From: Dicyema japonicum | Lineage: Eukaryota; Animalia; Dicyemida | Reading direction: 5' to 3' | Assembly (NCBI GenBank): GCA_011109175.1 | Contig: RDEW01000028.1 | Span: 134,673 to 198,672, forward strand | DNA length: 64,000 nucleotides | Shown here: positions 1 to 9,740 of the stretch, in pieces | How positions within the stretch are numbered: the first letter of the stretch is position 1 | Layout of the letters: the number at the start of each line of letters is the position of its first letter | The notes under the pieces: generated by a model | The model's input: only the letters and a program-made list of their open reading frames with translations | Databases searched by the model: none | Told to the model about the DNA's origin: nothing | Made by a program: the position numbers and the translations under genes

Positions 1-66
1 CTGGAGGAACATAGGAAAAACCTCTCGATCCTGTTGAGGCGTACCGGGATCACTTAATTAGTTGGT
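1..66 (+). mobile_element. 3' end of a LINE-like repeat
   Basis: gaggaaca..aggaaaaac...gg.tcacttaattagttg resembles the reverse complement of 32520-32620, the 3' end of an APE-type element. Confidence 0.35.
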
Positions 67-193
67 TTACTCCTTTCTTGGTGTTCCCTTTTCGGGGTTA
101 TTAAATAAATAAATTTTTTAAAAATATAAAAATTTAAAAATAGAACCACAATTTTAATTCAAGTATAAATTGTTAAACTAAAGCTTATGTGAA

Positions 194-1761
194 ATGAGTA
201 ACAACTATGTCTGTGTGAAACACAAAACTGAGGTAAAAACCACAATTTTGAATAAATCCAACCGTAGAAGGTCATCTAAATCAGTTAAAAAGTTAAATTA
301 AATTGTAAATCGAGGATAATGTGGGAAACACAAAACTGAGGTAAAAACCACAATTTTGAATAAATCCAACCGTAGAAGGTCATCTAAATCGGTTAAAAAG
401 TTAAATTAAATTGTAAATCGAGGATAATGAGGAATATGCTTTACTGTTTTTTTTGTTGTGACATTTGCACGAGCAAGGCAAACAAATTTTCAGATTCTAA
501 GAGTAAAATCTCAAAAAATGGTTATAACGGCGCGGAGATGCCGGGGAGAGATTTTTCGTCGGTTGATTCATATGAGATTTCCCTCCACAATTTCAAAACA
601 TCTAATTTAAGAGTTGCCCTGCTTTGTCATTTAGGATGCTAAAAAGTACGCCGAGGACATTCTCAGCAAATGTAACCTCATATCAAGTAATTTAATTTTC
701 AGAATCGCAGATATTTCAAATACTTCGGATAATATTTCTTACTCGGATATCAGCGTAAATTTGGGAGTTACTTTTGTCGAACTACCACAAAACAGTGACC
801 TGGGAGATTTCACAGAATAAGATAGAAATAAAGGAATTCGTTGGGAAGGGGACCTATGGGACAGTATACAAGTGCGAATATTACGGAAAAGCAGCCTTGA
901 AGAAGATCAACGTGATTGACCCATCGGTGGAAGACTTGAAATCCTTCCGGAATGAAATCTCCGTTTTGCAGTAAATTGTTAACAAAGTCAAGACAACTTC
1001 GTCATGAATACATTTTGATATTCATTGGATGCATCGTTAATCCTTATTTGGCCATAGTCACTGAATGGTGTGATGGGTCCTCACTTTACAAGGAACTCCA
1101 CGTCAAGCAAGTGGTCTTCAAACCATTAACAGTTTTATATATTGTTAGACAATTTGCTGAGGGGATGTCTTATTTGTATGAAAAGTCGATCATTCACTGT
1201 GATCTCAAGTCAGACAGTCTATTGTTACACTTATTACAGACGTATTCCTCACTGACATGGGGGTCATCAAAATTGGAGACTTTGGTCTTGCCACATTGAT
1301 TAAGACCAGAAGGAACCCCAAGCTTGTGGGATCCGTGTATTGGATGGTCTCTTATCACCTAAATTCAGGCACCTGAGATAATTCGTCAGCGTAAAAACTG
1401 CGAACCCTCACATTCTTCCGACGTTTATGCGTTTGGGATTGTCATGTATGAGCTAACCATGGGATGTTTCCCCCATTCAGAGCCTGACCATCCTCATCAA
1501 GTTAGCATTCCGCTATATTCAAAGATTTTGTTCAAAGTTGGAAGCTCTAAGGAGCCTTTAAACTTGGATGGGATGAGATCAGATCTTCCACCTAGTTTGG
1601 GAGATCTCATACATAAATGCTGTCAATATGATTATGAATTAAGGCTTACATTTGACGTGGTTCATTTATTTTTTGATTTAAAGGTACTCCAAGAAATTCT
1701 CAATATGATCAGTAATTCCCCCAGATTCAACCGTTCTTTATCAGATTCACATCTTTTATAA
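194..1761 (+). CDS. RAF: Raf-family Ser/Thr kinase (TKL), divergent; 5' exons uncertain
   Basis: Spliced translation gives WEI..VGKGTYGTVYK..ALK..FRNEISVLQQLRH..LAIVTEWCDGSSLY..HCDLKSDN..KIGDFGLA..GSVYWMAPE..SDVYAFGIVMYEL and C-terminal RSLSDS (14-3-3-type site). Introns: 971-992, 1217-1239, 1347-1368, 1501-1524, 1660-1683. The ATG at 194 and the exons before about 790 are tentative. Confidence 0.85.
217..429. repeat. 108-bp tandem duplication in the kinase 5' region
   Basis: Copies start at 217 and 325; one substitution (tcagtt vs tcggtt). Confidence 0.9.
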
Positions 1762-1789
1762 GGAACAATATTTTTTTAATATTACTGTT

Positions 1790-2030
1790 ACCCCCAACTA
1801 TAACAGTAGGGGGAGGCTGGTACTTCGAGAGCGTTAATTATTGAATCTCACATTATCACGTATAAGAAATTTCCTGTACGTCTACTTGTGTTTTTCCCGA
1901 GCGTATGAATTATGTTTAAGATACGTAATAGACTAAAGGGTGATAACCCCCTACAACTAAGTTTACAGCAGGGCAATCGAACCCAGGAGCATTGTGATAG
2001 ACACGACATAGTAAAAAATGCATAAAAATT
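1790..2030 (-). mobile_element. possible degenerate tRNA-derived SINE
   Basis: B-box-like gggttcgattgccctgctg on the minus strand near 1965-1990; no clear A box. Confidence 0.3.
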
Positions 2031-2044
2031 ACAAAAAATCTAAA

Positions 2045-2470
2045 TTATTTAGATAACAAATTCTTATAAGATTTCATTAGAGTGTGTCTTTCTTTACTTC
2101 GTTCTTTGCTTAGTTTGGTCTCCGTAATCCTTTTAAGGAAATCAATGTTCTTCCAGCTGTTTTCCCCCTTATAAAATGTATCCACTCTCTCAGAAAGCAA
2201 AATCTTGGCCTCCTTAAGATTCCTTACTGCTGATCTCGACATTTGACACTTAACTTTAAACCAAGTATATACCTTGACTGCGATCCTCGTCTCTTTATGG
2301 CGCATAAAACAACATGTATTCCTTTTGTTGACATTCTGACCGCCAGGACCAGAACTTCTTATATTTTTGAACTTAATGTCGCTGTCTTTAACAATTGGGA
2401 ATTTGGTTACGGATAAACACCTCTTTTTAAGCAAGACAAAATTATATGGCAACAAAGACGACCGAATCAT
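2045..2470 (-). CDS. MTRFR: mitochondrial translation release factor in rescue (C12orf65-like, GGQ)
   Basis: GSGPGGQ-type loop (SSGPGGQNVNK), RIAVK|CQMSRS..LSERVDTFYKGENS and a basic tail. A 24-nt stop-free intron at 2249-2272 restores the alignment. Confidence 0.85.
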   Translation of the reverse strand: MIRSSLLPYNFVLLKKRCLSVTKFPIVKDSDIKFKNIRSSGPGGQNVNKRNTCCFMRHKETRIAVKVYTWFKVKCQMSRSAVRNLKEAKILLSERVDTFYKGENSWKNIDFLKRITETKLSKERSKERHTLMKSYKNLLSK

Positions 2471-2522
2471 TTAATTATTAATTTATTATTATTAAATATA
2501 AATTAAAAAAAATTAATAGATT
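2471..2522. promoter_or_regulatory. 52-bp AT-only spacer between divergent MTRFR and THG1 start codons; putative bidirectional promoter
   Basis: Head-to-head start codons at 2470 (-) and 2523 (+); the spacer is almost entirely A/T. Confidence 0.5.
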
Positions 2523-3366
2523 ATGACTGGAACCCGTTTTCAATATGTGAGAAAATTTGAGGAGGACCGAGAATGCTTGTACAGCACATACATTGTTGCC
2601 AGACTCGATGGGAAATCATTTCACAGGTTCTTACTTGTATAACAACTAGATTTTGTGATACCCATGAGTTCAAAAAGCCTAATGACAGTCGCTGTCTCGG
2701 TTTAATGACACGTGCTTCTGCAGCTGTATTCCAACAATTTAAGGACATTGTGTTGGCATATGGACAATGTGATGAGTACAGCTTTTTATTTAAGAGAACG
2801 TCCGATATTTTCAAACGTCGTAAGATGTAATCTCGGTTAGTTAATTATAGGAAGATTCTGTCAATATTGGTCAGTTCGTTCACGTCTGCCTTTGATTTTT
2901 ATTGGTCAGATTACTTTGAATCAGTAAAATTGCAGCATCTCCCTGCTTTTGACTGCCGACTTATATGCTATCCCCATGTTCAGAACGTGAGAGACTATTT
3001 CTCGTGGAGACAGGCTGACTGTAATTAAGTGATCTCACTGTAGGTCATATCAATAACTTGTACAACACCGTGTTTTGGTCCTTGATTAACGACAGAGGGA
3101 AGACTCCGCAGGAAAGCGAAAAAATTCTCAGAGTATGCGTAATGATTATATCTTAGGGGACTCTTTCCTCAGATAAGAATGAAATATTGTTTAGAGATTA
3201 CGGCATAAATTATAATAATATTCCCCAATTGTTTAGAAAGGGGACTGTTCTTATCAGAAGTAACCAAACTATGGGTGATGCTGAGATTGTCACTGAAGAT
3301 GTATATTCTCTCCACTGTGATATCATTAAAGACGATTTCTGGATTAAACACGACATTCTTGATTAA
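2523..3366 (+). CDS. THG1L: tRNA-His guanylyltransferase
   Basis: FQYVRKFE..RLDGKSFHRF..KPND..YGQCDEYSF..FDCR..YFSWRQADCHINNLYNT..KNEILF..GINYN..FRKG..HCDII; four GT-AG introns of 23, 24, 23 and 24 nt. Confidence 0.95.
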
Positions 3367-3429
3367 TTGTTTTATAGTTTTTTAATTATTTGAATTTTGG
3401 GGGATTAACGATTGGATTCTTTTGCGGGA

Positions 3430-3634
3430 ATGAGAGAAGGATCTTTCATTCGATAGGGACAATGGAGGACCACATATGTTGAAAGGCCCAGTTGATTGCG
3501 GGAACTGGGATGCCTAACTGTTTGACGTTATTATGAGAGAAGGATCTTTCATTCGATAGGGACAATGGAGGACCACATATGTTGAAAGGCCCAGTTGATT
3601 GCGGGAACTGGGATGCCTAACTGTTTGACGTTAT
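3430..3634. repeat. 103-bp tandem duplication
   Basis: Near-identical copies starting at 3430 and 3533. Confidence 0.9.
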
Positions 3635-3943
3635 TTCAGTCAATCTTTCCCGATGACCTCGAAGATAAAAATTGACTAGATTTTGGGTTCAATAAATTTG
3701 GTAGTTATATCGCTTTTTTGTGAAATTTGGGGAGAGGTACCTCGAAGTGGACTGTTGTTATAACTCTGGACCAGGTAGCTTAGATGTTTGAATTCTATAC
3801 GATGGTCTGTCAAACAGAATACCACGCCTTTGCAATATGGAGGAGTTTTTTCCTTTTCTAATAGAGATTGGGGGTGTAAAGAACGTCGGATATCTAAATG
3901 GACCTTCAAACTTAGTAATAAATGAGTGACAAAATTCAAATAA

Positions 3944-4185
3944 TTATTGTTTTAATTGTCCATATTTTCTTAGCATTTCTTGGTGGTTGATTCTTGATTC
4001 TTCGAGTTTCTTTTTCTTTACCTCCATAATGTCATTCCAATTCCTTTCAGCGTTAAGAGCTATCCCAATATAAGCGAGTATGCTAAGTCCAAATAATGAA
4101 GGTCTCCTAATTATTACACAATTTACATTATAACTACTAGTTTCTTCCCTATTTTACGTGTAACATCAGGCCTTATATTCCTCAT
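3944..4185 (-). CDS. putative 73-aa single-pass membrane protein of unknown function
   Basis: ATG at 4185, one inferred 20-nt intron (gtaaattgtgtaataattag), TAA at 3944. Product has a basic N-terminus, a hydrophobic stretch (SLFGLSILAYIGIAL) and a charged tail. AT-rich upstream region like the other genes. Confidence 0.45.
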
Positions 4186-4329
4186 TATTTATTTTGAAAA
4201 ATATTTAATTATATTATAATTATTATTCAGATTCATTATGGTCTGGGATTAAGTCATCTCTAGTAAGGCCACGTGTTCCCAACAGAACTAACGAGGACTT
4301 ACAATCTCCCAAGCCTATCTACAACTGCA

Positions 4330-6070
4330 TTTTCTTATACATAGCAGTGGCTAGAACTCTTCTATAAATCATGTCCTCACTATCACCAAGTAAAAATCCC
4401 AATTTCCTTTTTTCCTCCTACTTGATCAATATATTTTAATTCCCTTGTGATTCCTATGTGCTCACTCTTTTCCTGATTAACTCGCAATTCTTAAATTCTC
4501 CAGGGATTTTCTCTAAAATAAGTCCAAGTTCCAGATGATTTTCTGACACAAAATATTTGTCATTTGCAAATATAATCTCCATCGGCATGCATTCTTCACA
4601 TTTTGTTATAAGAGCTCTCAATGCCGCTTCCAGGTATACGACGATTAGCACCAAAGATAGAGAATCCCCTGAGGTATTCCAACTGCTGTCTCGAAAGATG
4701 TCGTGTTCCCAACTCGTACAATTAATTCTGTGTTCAATAATAGGAAACGAATAAGTCTTGTGTTATCCTCGTCAAGGAAACTCCCAGCAACGTCCAACAA
4801 TGTTTTTCTGTTGACAGTGTTGAACGCATTGGACATGTCCACTTCCAGAATTTTAAAATCACTTTTGTATCGCTGACACATGGCACATCCATCTGTGAGA
4901 CTAAACAGCATCTGCGGTCGAGCGTCCTCTTCTGAACTCACTTTTTCCCGGCGACAAAAAATCATAAACATCAGAAGATATCCGACTAAGGGTTATCAGA
5001 GATAGTATCTAATGAGGGTTGTCAGTTCACCTAGTGCATATATGATCATTTTTCCATGTATGTTGTCTGGTCCCGAACCCTGTTGTTTAATTTAATGATT
5101 GCCAGGTTAGTTTACTTTGTAGAGATCGGTAGGTTCAGGCTTTTTGGTGATTTCTCAAATGGCTCCACATATGAGGTTTTATTTTCACTCAAAAGTCCTG
5201 AAAAATGTTCGGCAATAATTTCAGTTTTTCCTTTATTATCCAATACATTTCTTCCTTGACTGTCGTGAATACAAATATTCGTAGGTTGAACTCCCCTCTG
5301 CAAAAGCGAACAGCACGCAATATTTGTGTTCAGTATTCCAACTTCTCAATTTCACTGACACGTTAGTCAAATTTCTTGACATAAATTTTCTTCTTCCTCC
5401 TTCTAATCTCCTTGACAATACGATTTTTTATCTTCTTAACTCGTTGTATCATTCTTTGTACACGATTCCATTCTCAGCCGCAATTTTTTTGTTTAATTGA
5501 TAATGTTTAATGATCCGATTTAGTGATCGAAGACTTTTTTAAATCCTTCTGACCTTTTTTCCCAAAGCACGTCAATTCTTTCCTTATTTATTCCCCCAAC
5601 AATAGCATTCTAAATCATCGCTGGGGGATTTTTCATATTTATGTTCACAATCTCCTTCTTAATTTTTCCATGATAAAATCATCCACAATAAAACGATCCA
5701 GATAAGCTCTCTTCCTTCTATCTCCATCTATTACGATATATCTTTTCATTCTGAAGCGTGTAACAAGCATTTTATGATCACTATGAGTGATGGTGCTTCC
5801 GTAGCTGCGGGAGTCTGTTAATAACACACGAAAGGATCTTTTGCATAAAACATAGTCTATCTGGTTGTATTGCGGACATAATCTCCATTTCCATTTTTTC
5901 TGAGTCCAGTCCACGTAGTCTTATGCCTCGTATTGAGGCTGAATGCCGAATTACAATAAGGTAGTCAAACATGGTACTAAATTGCACGAGTGACTCTCCT
6001 GATATGTTTCCCCTCCCCCTGGCCTGCCTACCCATACAGGGTTCACTCCAAGGACAGTGACCCACTTTTG
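4330..6070 (-). mobile_element. RTE-like LINE, degenerate (APE end, linker, RT)
   Basis: YNQIDYVLCK..SDHKMLV, DMSNAFNTVNRK, GIPQG, YLEAALR, LGFLLGDSEDM, with stops and frameshifts. Confidence 0.8.
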
Positions 6071-6390
6071 CTTTCTAATCTCCACATAAAAAGGTCATAA
6101 ATGAGGCAGGGATGGTATCCATTATTGGCATGTAAACAGATCATGTTCATCGGGTTTTGTAGAAACCCTCGCCAAGTTAGTGAGACTGTCTCGAATGCTA
6201 TCATCCATCCCTTCAAGCACCAATAACCGTGATCGTCTGCAATACAATTTTGTTTCTAAGAGAACCATCTGACTCGGTGGCCCCCTTCTCAAATAGACCA
6301 ATCAGAATCCTCTTTTCTGAGAACATCCTAGTAAACCTGGCTCGTCTAAGATGTGGTCACCACCCCCTACCATGTGTCTAGTTTATTATA
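6070..6390 (+). mobile_element. C-terminal fragment of an I/Ingi-like LINE
   Basis: ILVNLARLRCGHHPL motif typical of the post-RT region of I-group elements. Confidence 0.45.
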
Positions 6391-6391
6391 A

Positions 6392-6740
6392 GTAAGTGTC
6401 TTTAACATTTAAGGAATTCAATATATGCTAAACCTTGGACAGACCTAAAGAAGATTGAAGACCTCTAATCCGCAAAAGTTTTCAAGCTCTGTAAGGGATC
6501 TTGTTAGAAACAGATTTTGCAATCCATTCCCCATGTGCATTTGCTAGTGACGCGACCACGTAATCTCTGGAAAATATCAAGTGAAGATAAGAGGCTACTG
6601 AAAAACCCGAGACTATGGTAATAAATGATTACAAGGAAAAGATTGATGAGCAACAGTAATGATTGTTTATATTATAGAGTTACTCCTTTTGAGGGTTAAG
6701 CAAAGCTGAGTGATTTATTTATTTCCACGGGATCAGGAGG
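6392..6740 (+). pseudogene. unidentified gene remnant with micro-intron pattern
   Basis: Run of 22-24 nt GT..AG segments between short exon-like stretches; the spliced frame contains a stop. Confidence 0.3.
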
Positions 6741-7199
6741 TTAAATAAAGGTGCTCAAATATGTAACCCCAGTAAACACTGATAAAGTGAGACGTCATTG
6801 TGAATCTCCTCTAATGGAGTAGGGATGAATAAGATCCATTGTATATGGCTACCAGGGAGTAATCGTCTCAAAGGATAAGTTTAAAATGTTATACTTGGTC
6901 ATAATTGGATATGAATGTAATTGAAAAACAAACTTGTGTTACCAATGATTGAATTAAAACGATAACAATCCACATGTGTTGCATAATTTGATTATGGTTA
7001 ACTTGAATAATATAATATTGATGGTTATATTCATTGTAATATTTGAAATATCTCCTAATTATGTACAAAGAGATGAACGAGGATTTTTCATCCCCCTATA
7101 TAATGGATTTATTAATTACTTTCATTGACTAATATATATTTTAATTTATATTCGGGGACCACTAAGGAACATAATCTACCTTCTAAGAATTACTGACAA

Positions 7200-7790
7200 A
7201 TCACTCATTGATAAGTGAAAATCTCAAAGTTTATTTATTTAAAACCCAGGTATATTGAGAAAGACAGAAAAACGTCACAGTTGAACAAATCACTTCCCAG
7301 TTCCCGCAATCAATCGAGCCATCCAACGTCTTTGGTCTCCCATTGTTCCAACTACCGTACAAAAGAGCCTTCTCTCATCCCTGTGGAAAAATCCAATTGG
7401 GGAGGGGAAATTCTTAACCAATCGATTATCTTCTGCCTTGGAAAAAGACAGGCCAGGCGGTTTTCCATCCACCTTGCAGACCCGAAGGAATCCGGATCCG
7501 CGATTACGGGTTGTAGCTTCCGTGAGTAAGGGACTAACCATTGATCCAGAATGAAGGCCTATCATATGAATAGTTTTTCGGTATATTGAATTGAGTCTGT
7601 GGAACATAGTCTCTGATATCGAGAATCTCCAACCAGCAGAGGCATACTCCACATCCGGTTTGCCGGTATTGTGTTGCAACAGTAGCATCCAAATTCAAAG
7701 GAGTCCTCCGAACAAGAACGCGTACAACCTTAAATTTCTGCAGGACTTTAGTAAGGACTTTATTTGCGTGGAAGGTTTAAAAACTAAACA
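7200..7790 (-). mobile_element. I/Ingi-like LINE RT C-terminal fragment
   Basis: KPDVEYASAGW..RLNSIYRKTI.MIG..S.VS.LLTEA resembles the thumb region of I-group RTs. Confidence 0.5.
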
Positions 7791-7794
7791 TTAT

Positions 7795-9740
7795 TAGGGC
7801 GATTTTAATCAATAAAGTCAAAAATTCATGTTTTTTTTAAATTGTTTAAAACTTATAAAAATGTAGTTTTTAATCAAAAAATTTAATTTTTTAGGTCAAT
7901 AAAATCAAAAATTTTATTGATTTTTTTACTTTTTCGAGTTTTTAAATAAAATACTAGCGTGGTATCAATTATCATTATTCACTGTGATGCCGCGTTCAAC
8001 CAAGAATGAAATTGAAAAGAATAAGTCTGTTGTTAGAAAATATGCCAATGAATTTTCTATCAATTCACAAGGAAATCTCTTTTGTAATTTATGTGGGACA
8101 TTTGTAACTGCAAAAAAACAAATTTTTTTATTGAAAAGAATGAAATTGAAAAGAATAAGTCTGTTGTTAGAAAATATTTCAATGAATTTTCTATCAATTC
8201 ACAAGGAAATCTCTTTTGTAATTTATGTGGGACATTTGTAACTGCAAAAAAACAAATTTTTTTATTGATTCACATCGATCGTCTAAGAAGCATATCAAAT
8301 TAGCTGGTTTATTATTTTTATTACTATTTTACAGGTGTCAATACCATAAAACTAACTGATTTTCTCATCCCATCTGCCGACATGGGTCGATAAAGTCACT
8401 AAAGCCTAAGTCGAATCCGATATTTCTTGCATAAGCTGAACAGTAAAAGCTTACGAGACTTGTTTGAGAATATTGGACATAATCTTTTTCCTGCTTACGC
8501 TTGCTGAAAAAGTGTAGAAAATTTATGACAGATGTAGCTTGACAGAATGGATCACCTGTAAAGTAACCCTCCTTTTCGATACAACCGTAAATTAGTCCCC
8601 TTCACGAAAAGTATAAAAAGTTCCAAAATCATTTAATGGTTTTTCCGAACAACTCGAAAAAGTTATGGTGTTTTTTAAATTATAATTGGAATACCAACAC
8701 CAAATAAGGCTTAATATCCAAATATATGCTAAAATCCGAAAGACAACTATCGTTTCTAATTGATTGAGTTGTTTTGTAATTAGTACACATTGCATTTGTA
8801 GATTTCCAGACATACTTATCCACATGTTTCGTTGCCGTCACTTCTTTCATATGCAACAGGCAATATATACAGTGCATGATACTCTTAAACCTTTTCTTCT
8901 CAAATCCTCTATTGGACCTGCAATCAGGTGTCTTAACTCATTAACGAAAACGGACATGACTAAAATTTTTAAAGTAAAAATTATTATTCATTATTAAAAC
9001 AAATTAAATTTAATAAAATTTCATCACCTGTAAAGTCCCCGGGGAGCTACTTTACAGGTGATCCGACAAAATTAAGCTATTTCGGAGGTTTTATTTGCAT
9101 TTATTATTGATCTGATAAACAAGTTTTTGTTTTGATTGACGAAACTGATATCCGGGGACACAAATATGTCACTTATTGGTAGATTTTCCGATCCCAAGAA
9201 AATATTTTTAATATCTTGTCGCCCATTGTCTTGTGCGGTTAACTCGTCGATTGTCAGATAATTGACGATATGCTAAGGGATTTTGCGATTGATCGCGATA
9301 ATTTAGTATTACTGGTATCTGATGCAGATACATGGTAGCTGCCGCACAGGTATTGAAGGTTTTATACACGAATTTGCATCATGTAACATGTGTTCTTCAT
9401 CTTCATAACTGTTGCATTAAAATAAGAGGATATTTTAAGGATGTGGATTTTTTAATTTCATTAATATAAGCGACTGTCAAAAACAAGACACGAAGAGAAA
9501 AATTTTCTGAAATTGGGTATCCACCTGAAGATATTTTAACAAGATGGGGGAGTTGGATGGATGCAGCCCGCTATTATTACAAAAATTACAGAGAAATAAA
9601 AAAATAATTGAAGGTTTCGATGGAGAGGGGATTTGAGTCGAAAAATGTTTGCAAGCGGTTTGTAAAAACGAACTACGTACAAATTTATTATCAAAATTAT
9701 GCCAATATGACGATATATTATTATTAGCACTTTTGCCATA
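7795..9740 (+). mobile_element. hAT-related transposase of CGGBP1-like type, disrupted
   Basis: N-terminal zinc finger NLFCNLCG; VLIDETD; LLVSDA; HVTCVLHLHNC (CxxH); PPEDILTRWGSWMDAARYY. Interrupted by a Merlin element and cut by an RTE at about 9740. Confidence 0.8.
8549..9064 (-). mobile_element. internally deleted Merlin (IS1595/ISXO2-like) DNA transposon
   Basis: 17-bp TIRs GGATCACCTGTAAAGTA / TACTTTACAGGTGATCC; 8-bp TSD gacagaat / gacaaaat; zinc-ribbon N-terminus CIYC..MKEV....DKYVW..TN.MC..YKTTQSIRNDS. Confidence 0.8.

Noticed and set aside
3676-3939. 87-aa minus-strand ORF
   Set aside because: Non-ATG start, no recognisable motif, and no consistent spliced model on either strand.
5990-6070. 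GC-rich 5' region of an RTE copy as an HDV-like ribozyme
   Set aside because: Plausible for RTE elements, but I could not assign the nested double pseudoknot by eye; needs an RNArobo/Infernal search.
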